Origin: an uncultured candidate division Zixibacteria bacterium | Lineage (GTDB): Bacteria > Zixibacteria > MSB-5A5 > GN15 > FEB-12 | Length of the DNA: 64,000 bases | Direction: 5' to 3' | Assembly: GCA_963664195.1 (NCBI GenBank) | Contig: OY760907.1 | Span: forward strand, 762,459-826,458 | Shown: positions 52,245 through 63,535 of the stretch, piece after piece | Layout of the letters: each line of letters begins with the position of its first letter | Position numbering within the stretch: position 1 is the first letter of the stretch | Made by a program: the position numbers and the translations under genes | Notes under the pieces: model-generated | What the model saw: only the letters and a program-made list of their open reading frames with translations | Told to the model about the DNA's origin: nothing | Database searches by the model: none

Positions 52245-53990
52245 ATGGTCACCAAACGACGGGTCATAAAAGGCGTCTCAATCTCATCAGGTATTGCCAT
52301 GGGAACAACGCGGGTAGTTCACCCCGGGTTTCTCAATGTGGCGGAAATACCTATTACGTTGGCGAAGGTCAAGCCTGAGATTGATGCCCTCGAAGAGGCT
52401 GTTCGTGAGACGATTGCGGAACTCGAGCACTTGCGCGATACTGCTGGCAAAAAGACCGGCGCTTCGGTAGCCAAGATTTTCGAGGCCCAGTTGTTGATTG
52501 CCGGTGATCTGGATTTCCTTGCGCAGGTCAAACAGCAGATAAAAACGCGCCGGCGCAACGCCGGGTTTGTCTACAACACGCTGGTAAACGAGACCATCCG
52601 TGCACTCGACAATTCGCCGGACCAGTATATGCGGCAGATGGTGCAGGAAATCGAAGCAGTGACCAACAAGGTCCTATCGCATCTGACCGGGTTTGGCGAG
52701 AAATCAACGGCCCGACTGCCTGACAACACGATCCTTGTCGCCCAGTCATTTTCCGCCAGTGACATTATGGACTACCGCTCCCGTCGCGCGGCAGGATTCA
52801 TCACGGCCGAGGGTGGTTCCAACTCGCACATGGCGTTGATTGCACGTTCGTTGATGCTGCCGGCGACTCTCTCGAATAACGCGCTCTCGCAGATACCAAA
52901 CGCCTGCCGGGTGATTGTCGACGGCACCAACGGCAAAGTGATCGTTCGACCAAGCGATGACGACTGGTCGGAGTATCTCAAAAAGAGGAAGCTCCAGGGA
53001 CCGGCCATTATCAGCCGGATCAAGAAGCTGGAGGAAATCCCTCCAAAGACTGCCGACGGCGTCCCGGTTAACGTCGCGGCCAATCTCGAGATCCCGGGGC
53101 CGGCAGATGATCTGCTGTCTGATGCAAGGATACCGGTTGGGCTGTACCGCACTGAATTTCTGTACCTGGAACACGTGGATTTCCCGGGCGAGGCGGCACA
53201 ATTCGAATACTATTCCAGAATTGCTGAACGCTTTGCCAACACACATGTTATCCTGCGGACGTTTGATCTCGGTTCCGACAAGGTCAAAGACGACGGTCTC
53301 ATGCCCGCCGAAGACAACCCGGCGCTGGGTTGGCGGGGCATTCGCTCAATGCTCGATATGCCACAGATTTTCAAGACGCAGATCCGTGCCATTCTCAGAG
53401 CTTCAACGCTCAAGAACGTCAAGATTCTGTTGCCTATGGTGTCGGATGTCTCTGAGCTGAGAAAAGCGAAAAAGTACGTTTCGCAGGTGATGCTGGAGCT
53501 TCGGAGAAAAGGCATCCCGTTCGATAACGATATCGAAATCGGAGTCATGGTCGAGATCCCGTCGGCGGCGCTCACAGCCAACCAACTGGCCCGGGATGCA
53601 GACTTCGTGTCAATCGGCACCAACGATCTGACGCAGTACACTATGTCAGCCGATCGGAACAACTCGCGCGTGGCGGGCCTGTACAGTCATTTCCACCCCT
53701 CGGTGCTGAGCCTCATCCACATGACCGTGATGGCCTGCAGAAGACATGGTACACCGGTACAAATATGCGGCGAGTCGGCGGGTGATCCGCTGGCCCTGCC
53801 CCTGTTCATCGGCATGGGCGTCTCCGGCCTGTCAATGAACCCGACGAAGATTTTCGACGCCTGTCGACTAATCAAGAGAATAGACTTTGAAATGGTGAGG
53901 CACCTGGTTGACCCGGTGTTGGCCTCCAAGTCAGTTGCGGCAGTTGTCCGCAAACTGCAGAACTATAGAAATGCTGTTGAAGGCAAGTAA
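52245..53990 (+). CDS. ptsI: phosphoenolpyruvate-protein phosphotransferase (PTS Enzyme I)
   Basis: 581 aa. The phospho-His region 'GGSNSHMALIARSL', 'GLYRTEFLY' and 'FVSIGTNDLTQY'. Confidence 0.9.
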   Translation: MVTKRRVIKGVSISSGIAMGTTRVVHPGFLNVAEIPITLAKVKPEIDALEEAVRETIAELEHLRDTAGKKTGASVAKIFEAQLLIAGDLDFLAQVKQQIKTRRRNAGFVYNTLVNETIRALDNSPDQYMRQMVQEIEAVTNKVLSHLTGFGEKSTARLPDNTILVAQSFSASDIMDYRSRRAAGFITAEGGSNSHMALIARSLMLPATLSNNALSQIPNACRVIVDGTNGKVIVRPSDDDWSEYLKKRKLQGPAIISRIKKLEEIPPKTADGVPVNVAANLEIPGPADDLLSDARIPVGLYRTEFLYLEHVDFPGEAAQFEYYSRIAERFANTHVILRTFDLGSDKVKDDGLMPAEDNPALGWRGIRSMLDMPQIFKTQIRAILRASTLKNVKILLPMVSDVSELRKAKKYVSQVMLELRRKGIPFDNDIEIGVMVEIPSAALTANQLARDADFVSIGTNDLTQYTMSADRNNSRVAGLYSHFHPSVLSLIHMTVMACRRHGTPVQICGESAGDPLALPLFIGMGVSGLSMNPTKIFDACRLIKRIDFEMVRHLVDPVLASKSVAAVVRKLQNYRNAVEGK

Positions 53991-54015
53991 CTTTTAGATA
54001 ACAGGAACCACGACC

Positions 54016-55107
54016 TTGTCAATACTGAACGATATCGAGAAAGTGCGGTCGCTCGACCCCTCCAATATGTATAATGCTATCTTTGATCTGCCGGAGCAGA
54101 TGAAGAAGGCGCTCAAACTGGCCAGCGGATGGAATGTCCCCAAGGATGACTTCCCCGATGTTCAGAATATCGTCGTAGTCGGAATGGGCGGTTCGGCCAT
54201 AGCCGGCGATCTGGCCAGGTCATACCTGTCAAAGGAAATGCTGATCCCGTTCCAGGTCTGTCGCGACTACTCCCTGCCGGAGTACGTAGACGATGAGACC
54301 CTCGTGATAGCGTCGTCCTACAGCGGCAATACCGAGGAAACGCTGTCGGCGGTCGATGACGCCCTTGAACGCAAAGCCATGATCGTGGGGCTGACTACAG
54401 GCGGGCTGCTCGAAGAGGTCCTGCAGTTGAACGAGGTCCCCATGCTCAAACTACCGTCCGGACTTCAACCGCGCGCCGCGCTCGGGTTCTCGTTTGTACC
54501 GTTGATGGTCTTCCTTGGCAAGATCGGCCTGGTGAAAAACGCCGAAGACCGTCTGAAAGCCGCAATTGCGCACCTTGAGTCCACCCGAGGCCGTATGATC
54601 GAAGACGCCCCGGTCGGCCAGAACCCCGCCAAACAGCTCGCCGAGCTGATTCACGGTCGTATTCCGATCGTCTACAGCGGCCCGACTCTAACCGATGTCG
54701 TGGGCGTCCGATGGAAAGGGCAGATATGCGAAAACTCCAAAATGCTCGCATTCCACAATATGTATCCGGAATTCAACCACAATGAGTTGGTGGGCTGGTC
54801 AAAACAGATTGAGCCGTTTGGCGAGAATTTCATCGTCATCAACCTGCGTGATATAGAGGACCACCCCAAGGTCTCCGCCCGCATGGATATCGTCAAAAGC
54901 ATGATTGAAGACCATGACATTCAGGTGATTGACCTCTATGCTTCCGGTGAATCACGGCTCGAACGGATATTCAACCTTATCCAGATGGGCGATTTCGTGT
55001 CGTACTATATGGCAATTCTCAGCGAGGAAGATCCCACTCCGGTGGAAGCAATCGAACACCTCAAAGTCGAATTGTCCAAGGTATCGACCAACCCTGTCGA
55101 AGAGTAG
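54016..55107 (+). CDS. bifunctional phosphoglucose/phosphomannose isomerase family (SIS domain)
   Basis: 363 aa with a TTG start. 'VVVGMGGSAIAGDL' and 'SYSGNTEETL' are SIS motifs. The length and C-terminal region resemble the PGI/PMI family. Confidence 0.75.
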   Translation: MSILNDIEKVRSLDPSNMYNAIFDLPEQMKKALKLASGWNVPKDDFPDVQNIVVVGMGGSAIAGDLARSYLSKEMLIPFQVCRDYSLPEYVDDETLVIASSYSGNTEETLSAVDDALERKAMIVGLTTGGLLEEVLQLNEVPMLKLPSGLQPRAALGFSFVPLMVFLGKIGLVKNAEDRLKAAIAHLESTRGRMIEDAPVGQNPAKQLAELIHGRIPIVYSGPTLTDVVGVRWKGQICENSKMLAFHNMYPEFNHNELVGWSKQIEPFGENFIVINLRDIEDHPKVSARMDIVKSMIEDHDIQVIDLYASGESRLERIFNLIQMGDFVSYYMAILSEEDPTPVEAIEHLKVELSKVSTNPVEE

Positions 55108-55117
55108 GTAGCCAACG

Positions 55118-55330
55118 ATGGACATCACAAAGGACACATCGGTGGAAAAGCTCGTCGAAGTTTTCCCCGGTGTAGTCCGTTTACTGATATTGGAAGGGCT
55201 TCCGTGCGTAATCTGCGGGGAGCCATTCTGGGGATCTGTGGGGGAGCTTGCCCGAGAAAAAGGCTGGGACGAGGGCCGCATTGACCTGCTGATAGTGAAG
55301 ATGCGGACGGAGTTGGGCCAGGCCGGGTAG
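55118..55330 (+). CDS. DUF1858 domain protein
   Basis: 70 aa. 'ITKDTSVEKLVEVFPGVVRLLILEGLPCVICG' is typical of DUF1858/ScdA-N-like domains. Confidence 0.7.
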   Translation: MDITKDTSVEKLVEVFPGVVRLLILEGLPCVICGEPFWGSVGELAREKGWDEGRIDLLIVKMRTELGQAG

Positions 55331-55362
55331 CCAGCCGACAATTCAGACCAGGCTTCGTAGCA

Positions 55363-55382
55363 CGGGTCTATCCTCAGACCCG
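55363..55382. repeat. REP-like hairpin, family 2-like
   Basis: CGGGTCT-atcctc-AGACCCG, flanked by cgtag on the left. Confidence 0.6.
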
Positions 55383-55414
55383 CAAGGATACTTACACATG
55401 AAAACGACTCCGCT

Positions 55415-55442
55415 GGTCTGAAGACAGACCTGCGCTACAAAG
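55415..55442 (+). repeat. REP-like hairpin, family 2
   Basis: GGTCTG-AAGA-CAGACC followed by TGCGCTACAAAG. Confidence 0.75.
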
Positions 55443-55577
55443 ATCAAGTGGGGACACATATCAGCACTCAAAGAGGATATTCAACCCGAATTCATTGAGT
55501 TGACACGCCTGAGTCGCCACACTGCAGCCGTCACTCAGCCTCTTCCCCGTAAACCACACAATACTGACAACCATTCG

Positions 55578-55605
55578 TTGACAATTCGGAGTTAATTCGT
55601 ATATT
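55578..55605 (+). promoter_or_regulatory. sigma70-like promoter of the five-gene membrane cluster
   Basis: TTGACA - 16 nt - TATATT. The -10 box ends 5 nt before the GTG at 55611. Confidence 0.45.
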
Positions 55606-55610
55606 TCCGC

Positions 55611-56489
55611 GTGCAAAAAACTATCGGCAAAGCCTGCAATGTGATTGCATCCAGTTTATTCTTTCTCCTAGCTGCAGGGCTTGAGTCCTCGTTCGCTCAG
55701 GCGGCAGAGGACGGCATATTCCGCACCGAGCGTATCAATGCGATGGTACTGGTGCTCGTGTTCTCGGGCGCAATCCTCCTTTATACCAGATGGGCTAAAC
55801 AGGGCAAACCGCTGTTCCTTCGCAAGATCCCAGGATTGGACGCGGTCGAAGAAGCCGTCGGTCGTGCCACTGAAATGGGCCGTCCGGTGCTGTTCGTTCC
55901 GGGTATTGCCGAGCTTGACGAGATTGAAACGATCGCCGGTATTTCCATTCTTGGCCGTGTAGCGAAAATTACCGCCGAATACGGCACACCCTTGCGGGTT
56001 CCGGTAAGATATCCGCTGGTGCTGGCCGCCGGGCAGGAAGTTGTCGAGCAGGCCTATGCTGAGGCCGGCAACCCCGATGGTTACGATAGAGACTGTGTCA
56101 GATACGTGGCAGGAGAGCAGTTTGCTTTCACAGCGAACGTCAACGGCTACATGATGCGAGAGCGTCCCGCCACCAACATATATATGGGGGCATTCTACGC
56201 CGAATCGCTTCTTCTGGCTGAAACCGGCAACGCGGCCGGTTCGATTCAAATCGCCGGTACCTCGAAACCGGAGCAGTTGCCGTTCTTCATCGCCGCCTGT
56301 GACTACACGGTGATGGGAGAAGAATTGTACGCCGCCTCGGCGTATCTGTCCCACGAGCCGATAATGCTCGGCGGATTGAAGGGGCAGGATTTTGTTAAAA
56401 TGTTAATCACCATTGCCCTGATCGTCGGCGTGATTCTTGTCACGTTCGGTTACGGCGATGTCTTCCTTACCTGGTTTGACGCGGTGTAG
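55611..56489 (+). CDS. uncharacterised bitopic membrane protein (cluster gene 1, paralog of gene 3)
   Basis: 292 aa with a GTG start. Signal-like N-terminus, a TM helix (INAMVLVLVFSGAILLY), a ~200-aa soluble domain and a C-terminal TM (MLITIALIVGVILVTFGY). No known motif recognised. Confidence 0.7.
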   Translation: MQKTIGKACNVIASSLFFLLAAGLESSFAQAAEDGIFRTERINAMVLVLVFSGAILLYTRWAKQGKPLFLRKIPGLDAVEEAVGRATEMGRPVLFVPGIAELDEIETIAGISILGRVAKITAEYGTPLRVPVRYPLVLAAGQEVVEQAYAEAGNPDGYDRDCVRYVAGEQFAFTANVNGYMMRERPATNIYMGAFYAESLLLAETGNAAGSIQIAGTSKPEQLPFFIAACDYTVMGEELYAASAYLSHEPIMLGGLKGQDFVKMLITIALIVGVILVTFGYGDVFLTWFDAV

Positions 56490-56513
56490 CAACGTGGAAG
56501 GTATTATTCGTTA

Positions 56514-57173
56514 ATGAGAACAACTGTCCCGGTAATAGTAGCCTTTCTTTCCGGTCTGACGCTGATCGTGTCGTTCTTCTTCCGTGAAGGCACTTGGATC
56601 GGCGATCTTTCGCAGGAATTGATTGTCTGGCTGACTATTGTCGGTGGCTTCACCCTGCTTCTGGGTGTTGTCTCCATCACCCGAGTCAACTGGACGGCGG
56701 TGCAGCGACGCAGACCCGGCTGGGGCTATAAGATTCTGACGTTGATATCTATCTTCGCCATGGCTATCCCCTCGTTGTTGTCTCCCTCTTGGAGTCCGTG
56801 GTTTGGTCGTGCTGAGGGTTCGATTTACGATTGGCTTTTCGTCAATTTGCAGATGCCGATGATGTCGACCATGTTTGCGACACTCGCTTTTTACATCGCT
56901 TCGGCGGCGTATCGTGCCTTCAGGGCACGTTCGGTTGAGGCCACCATTCTCCTGATCACCGCCTGCATGGTCATGCTCTGGCGCGTTCCAATGGGAGAGG
57001 CACTGTTGAATATGCTCCCCGGTGACATTCCGGCTTTCCTGAACACCTACGTAATGGGTGGCGCCAACATGGCGGTTCAGCGCGGCATCATCATTGGCGC
57101 GGCACTGGGTGCGGCCTCCATGTCCCTTCGCATTATTCTCGGTATCGAGAGAACTTACATGGGGAAGGGATAG
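56514..57173 (+). CDS. uncharacterised polytopic membrane protein (cluster gene 2)
   Basis: 219 aa with about 6 hydrophobic helices, starting 24 nt after gene 1. Confidence 0.7.
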   Translation: MRTTVPVIVAFLSGLTLIVSFFFREGTWIGDLSQELIVWLTIVGGFTLLLGVVSITRVNWTAVQRRRPGWGYKILTLISIFAMAIPSLLSPSWSPWFGRAEGSIYDWLFVNLQMPMMSTMFATLAFYIASAAYRAFRARSVEATILLITACMVMLWRVPMGEALLNMLPGDIPAFLNTYVMGGANMAVQRGIIIGAALGAASMSLRIILGIERTYMGKG

Positions 57174-57176
57174 CCT

Positions 57177-58013
57177 GTGAGCTTCTGGAAACAACTTGAA
57201 GGTATCGACAGGCGCTGGATATACCTGGCTGTGGGCGTAGCGGTGATATTCCCGTTCATTTTCCCAACCCCTTTGCCGATCAGCATAACGCCGGAGTCGC
57301 AGTCTTTTTACGACGCAGTCGAGGATCTCCCCGATGGCTGTAATGTGTTTCTCGTGTTCGACTACTATCCGTCGACAATCGCAGAATGCGAGCCAATGGC
57401 CAGAGCGGCGCTGCATCATTTCTTCCGCAAGGACTGCAAAGTAGTCACTCTCAGCAACATACCTCTTGGCGGACCTTCGATGGCCGAAAAGGTCACACGA
57501 GAGATGGCGGAATTGTACGGCAAAGAATACGGCGTGGATTACGTCAATCTTGGATACAAATACGGCTATGTCGCCGTCATGCAGGGAATGGGCTCCTCAA
57601 TTGAGTCGATCTTCCCAACCGACAACAGGGGCACCCCGCTGTCTGAGTTGCCCCTCATGGACTCGGTAAAAAACTACAGTGATATGTCGTTCCTGTTCGA
57701 GATAGCTGACAACGCGACTGCCGATTATTGGGTGTCGATAGTCAACGCCCAGTACGGTCTTCCAATGGGTTGTGGCACGACTGCCGTGAGCGCACCAAAA
57801 TACTATGCTTTTGTATCTTCCGGTCAATTCGTCGGACTGCTTGGAGGCATGAAAGGCGCCGCCGAATATGAACTGCTGGTAGGCAAGTCAGGTACCGCGG
57901 TGACAGGAATGGGTGCCCAGTCGCTGGTCCATCTGTTGATTATTGCTCTTGTGATACTTGGCAATCTCGGGTTTTTCATCATGAGATCGCAGAGTAGAAG
58001 GGGGCAGGCATGA
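57177..58013 (+). CDS. uncharacterised bitopic membrane protein (cluster gene 3, paralog of gene 1)
   Basis: 278 aa. The GTG start lies 6 nt after GGGGAAGGGA and 3 nt after the gene 2 stop. N-terminal TM (WIYLAVGVAVIFPFIF), a soluble domain and a C-terminal TM (LVHLLIIALVILGNLGFFI). Confidence 0.7.
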   Translation: MSFWKQLEGIDRRWIYLAVGVAVIFPFIFPTPLPISITPESQSFYDAVEDLPDGCNVFLVFDYYPSTIAECEPMARAALHHFFRKDCKVVTLSNIPLGGPSMAEKVTREMAELYGKEYGVDYVNLGYKYGYVAVMQGMGSSIESIFPTDNRGTPLSELPLMDSVKNYSDMSFLFEIADNATADYWVSIVNAQYGLPMGCGTTAVSAPKYYAFVSSGQFVGLLGGMKGAAEYELLVGKSGTAVTGMGAQSLVHLLIIALVILGNLGFFIMRSQSRRGQA

Positions 58014-58648
58014 GTGGCATAGAACTGCTCCAGCTCTGGATCATCGCCTTCTTCACTCTGGCGCTGTTCTCCTTCATGTACAAAGACAACCCGATCTACA
58101 AGGTCGCGGAGCATATATTCGCCGGACTTACCGCCGGTTACCAGGTCGGACTTGTCTGGGACACCGTCATCTTGCAGCAGTTGTGGAATCCGATGGTCAA
58201 CGAAGGCGACTGGTGGTTGATAATCCCCGGTGTCATGGGTTTTCTAATGTTCGCCCGCTTCTGGGAGCGCTTCTCCTGGGTCTCGCGCATTTCGCTGGCC
58301 TTTGTCATGGGCGTTACCTCCGGTATCTTCCTGACCTCGCAGCTTCACGGTCTCGTACTCCCCCAGATGAAAGATACCATGCTGCCGCTGTGGAACGGCG
58401 ACGGTTTTGCCGCTCTGGCGCTCACGCTGATCGTCGTTATTGGCGTCATCTCGACCCTGATCTACTTCTATTTCTCGAAAGAGCATACCGGTGCGCTCGG
58501 AGTCACGGCAAAGGTCGGTATCTGGTTCATCATGATATCGTTCGGCGCGCACTTCGGCTACACCGTCATGGGTCGTGTATCACTGCTGATTGGCAGGGTG
58601 CAGTTCCTGATCGAGGATTGGATCGGATCGTTTTCACAGATTTTCTAG
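58010..58648 (+). CDS. uncharacterised polytopic membrane protein (cluster gene 4)
   Basis: 212 aa with about 6 TM helices. ATGA start/stop overlap with gene 3. Confidence 0.7.
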   Translation: MSGIELLQLWIIAFFTLALFSFMYKDNPIYKVAEHIFAGLTAGYQVGLVWDTVILQQLWNPMVNEGDWWLIIPGVMGFLMFARFWERFSWVSRISLAFVMGVTSGIFLTSQLHGLVLPQMKDTMLPLWNGDGFAALALTLIVVIGVISTLIYFYFSKEHTGALGVTAKVGIWFIMISFGAHFGYTVMGRVSLLIGRVQFLIEDWIGSFSQIF

Positions 58649-58688
58649 GCATTCTGTGCCTCAACAACTGAATTCCTGCAGGTTCGTC

Positions 58689-59348
58689 ATGATGAAAAGC
58701 TCACTATTCTTCTGTTCGATATTCCTCTTGTTCCTCTCAGGCTGCGGATCGGTCGACGACGGCTCCATTTATGACACCGCCGACAACCCGGATGGTTTTC
58801 CGACCACAGCCCTCACGGTGATCGAGAACGTTCGCGACGGCAAACTCGCCGATTATGAATCAGTCACTGTCGCCTTTGGTGATCTGTACACCGAGAATCC
58901 GGACCTGCTGGATCAACCGGAATGGAACAACGTCATCCAGCTAATCGGAAATGTCTTCCGAACCAGGGCCGACAGCCTGGCAAAAACGGGAATCGAGAAC
59001 CTCGCCCGAACGGCCGAACTCTATCAGTTAGCCCTGTTGGGCAATCCTGAGGACAAGGCACTCCAACGCGAGGCCGGTCTGTTTGCCATCTGGTTAGAAG
59101 CGGAGGAAAACGCCTCGATCCCCCTGGCTCCGCTGCTGAACGCCAACAGCATTCGGCTGGGCGACGCTATCATCGTGGCCGGACACGTCTTGAGAGCGGG
59201 AGACGACAGTGCAGAATTCTTTGAGGACCGGCTGAAAGGGCCCGTTATGGACCGCCTCATCGCCCGAAACCAGCTCACGCCGGAGGTTGTTGCTGCCCTC
59301 TCCCCGGTCGAACGGGAATTAGCTACCCGGGCTGGATTGATACGGTAG
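58689..59348 (+). CDS. uncharacterised lipoprotein (cluster gene 5)
   Basis: ORF 58656-59348. The ATG at 58689 gives MMKSSLFFCSIFLLFLSGC (lipobox). The mature part looks helical. Confidence 0.6.
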   Translation: MMKSSLFFCSIFLLFLSGCGSVDDGSIYDTADNPDGFPTTALTVIENVRDGKLADYESVTVAFGDLYTENPDLLDQPEWNNVIQLIGNVFRTRADSLAKTGIENLARTAELYQLALLGNPEDKALQREAGLFAIWLEAEENASIPLAPLLNANSIRLGDAIIVAGHVLRAGDDSAEFFEDRLKGPVMDRLIARNQLTPEVVAALSPVERELATRAGLIR

Positions 59349-59409
59349 AAATCAGCGTCCGGTCACCGATCGTTTTGCCAAATACGGGGTATTCCACCGA
59401 GATTTCTGC

Positions 59410-59438
59410 TTGTCAGCTATATCTTGTTTGGCTACATT
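59410..59438 (+). promoter_or_regulatory. possible promoter of the nucleotidyltransferase-metK-ahcY unit
   Basis: TTGTCA - 17 nt - TACATT, with GGAAAGGA before the ATG at 59464. Confidence 0.3.
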
Positions 59439-59463
59439 CGGTTAATTCTGGAAAGGAATTGGC

Positions 59464-60453
59464 ATGAGAGTAGTTATCCCGGTAGCAGGGATCGGCACAA
59501 GACTCAGACCGCACACACATTCGTTGCCCAAGCCGCTGTTGCATGTGGCCGGCAGACCTATCCTGGCACACCTGCTTGACCCAATCGTGCAGTTGGACCC
59601 GGAAGAGGTTGTCTTTGTTATTGGGTTCCGTGGCGACCAGATTCGCGAATATGTGGAAGAGAACTACTCTTTCAAATCTACTTTTGTTCATCAGGATGAA
59701 TTGCTGGGATTGGGGTACGCCCTCAATCTGGCGGTCAAGGATGTTACCGACGGAGACGTATTGGTCATCCTGGGCGATACGATTGTTGAATGCGACCTGA
59801 AGAAGTTCGTGAGCGCCGGCGACTATGTCCTCGGCCTCAAGCAGGTCCCGGATCCGGAGCGGTTCGGGGTAGCGGTCGTAAACGATAACCGCGTTGTTGA
59901 GTTGGTGGAAAAACCGGAAAAACCAAAAACCAACCTGGCCGTCATCGGGCTGTATTACTTCAAAGATGTCAATACCGTCAAGAGAGCGCTCAACAAGCAT
60001 GTTGGTTCCGGTAAGACTACACGCGGAGAAATCCAGTTTACGGATGCCCTCGACGATATGATCCGAAGCGGCATATCGTTCGTGCCGTACGAAGTCAACG
60101 AATGGTTCGACTGCGGCAAGACAGAGACCCTCCTTTCCACCAACGAACATATTGTCACGACCAAGAACCAGACCAAAGCGCTTGAGGGATGCATTCTCAT
60201 ACCGCCGGTGTATGTACACCCGGAGGCGAAGGTCGTGAAGTCCGTAATCGGCCCCAACGTTTCGATCTCAGCCGGCTCGACAATCACAAACTCAATAATC
60301 AGAAATTCCATTATCGGCAGCAACACAACGGTGGATCAGATGATCCTCGAGGATTCGCTGCTTGGTCACGATGCATGCATCAAGGGAACCAGCCAGGTGC
60401 TGAACCTTGGTGACTCCTCGGAAATCAACGCGGAGAAGAAAACCAATATCTAG
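59464..60453 (+). CDS. sugar-1-phosphate nucleotidyltransferase (long RmlA/GlmU-like form with C-terminal LbH)
   Basis: 329 aa. 'VIPVAGIGTRLRPHTHSLPKPLL', 'ERFGVAVV...VEKPEKP', then hexapeptide-repeat-like sequence at the C-terminus. Confidence 0.8.
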   Translation: MRVVIPVAGIGTRLRPHTHSLPKPLLHVAGRPILAHLLDPIVQLDPEEVVFVIGFRGDQIREYVEENYSFKSTFVHQDELLGLGYALNLAVKDVTDGDVLVILGDTIVECDLKKFVSAGDYVLGLKQVPDPERFGVAVVNDNRVVELVEKPEKPKTNLAVIGLYYFKDVNTVKRALNKHVGSGKTTRGEIQFTDALDDMIRSGISFVPYEVNEWFDCGKTETLLSTNEHIVTTKNQTKALEGCILIPPVYVHPEAKVVKSVIGPNVSISAGSTITNSIIRNSIIGSNTTVDQMILEDSLLGHDACIKGTSQVLNLGDSSEINAEKKTNI

Positions 60454-60493
60454 TGCCGTAAACATTTCGAACGGCAGATAAGGAGAATTGCCA

Positions 60494-62921
<2,428 letters not shown>

Positions 62922-62952
62922 TCCCGCAAACGGCGAATGAACCGGCATTCAT

Positions 62953-62987
62953 GAGGGCGAGGCCGTGAAAGTCTCGTCCTCTTTTTT
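62953..62987 (+). terminator. intrinsic terminator after ahcY
   Basis: GAGGGCGAG / CTCGTCCTC stem (1 wobble) followed by TTTTTTG, 32 nt after the stop. Confidence 0.8.
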
Positions 62988-63036
62988 GTGAGACAAAAAG
63001 AAAAAAAGATAATGGACACATACTCTGGAGGTTGAC

Positions 63037-63465
63037 ATGGCCAGCGTAAAGGACGGCAGCACAGTCAAGGTACATTACACGGGCAAACTGGAAGACGGCA
63101 CCGTGTTCGATAGCTCCCTGGAGCGGGAACCGCTGGAATTCAAGATCGGTGCCGGCAGTATCATTCCCGGCTTCGAAAAGGGCATCATGGGCCTGGAAAC
63201 CGGCGCGAAGAAGACCTTGACCATCGCCCCGGAAGACGGGTACGGCGACCCGAGCCAGGACCTGATCGCGGTGGTGAAGAAGACTGAATTCCCGAAAGAT
63301 ATCACTCCCGAATTAGGCCAACAGCTCCAAATGCAGCGCCCCGACGGTCAGATTGTCAACATGGTTATCTCCCAAATCGATGGCGATGACGTCACGCTGG
63401 ATGCCAATCATCCACTCGCCGGCAAAACGCTCATATTCGATATTGAACTGGTCGAAGTGGCCTGA
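63037..63465 (+). CDS. FKBP-type peptidyl-prolyl cis-trans isomerase (SlyD-like)
   Basis: 142 aa. 'VKVHYTGKLEDGTVFDSS', a '..IPGFEKGIMGL' IF-domain insertion and 'DANHPLAGKTLIFDIELVEV'. Confidence 0.9.
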   Translation: MASVKDGSTVKVHYTGKLEDGTVFDSSLEREPLEFKIGAGSIIPGFEKGIMGLETGAKKTLTIAPEDGYGDPSQDLIAVVKKTEFPKDITPELGQQLQMQRPDGQIVNMVISQIDGDDVTLDANHPLAGKTLIFDIELVEVA

Positions 63466-63500
63466 AGACCGCCTGATTCAGCAATAAATGGCAAATCTAA

Positions 63501-63535
63501 CCCGGTAGACCCCGTGTCTGCCGGGTCTTTCTTTG
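63501..63535 (+). terminator. intrinsic terminator after the FKBP gene
   Basis: CCCGGTAGAC-cccgt-GTCTGCCGGG (10 bp, 1 wobble) followed by TCTTTCTTTG. Confidence 0.75.

Noticed and set aside
55668-57419. Two long minus-strand ORFs (55668-56354, 56511-57419) inside the five-gene cluster
   Set aside because: The plus-strand frames give coherent TM helices, signal peptides and coupled start/stop junctions. The minus-strand products are Arg/His/Gly-rich and lack any hydrophobic or domain pattern.
59413-60219. 268-aa minus-strand ORF
   Set aside because: It is antisense to the nucleotidyltransferase gene, which has the GxGTRLxPxTxxxPKP motif.
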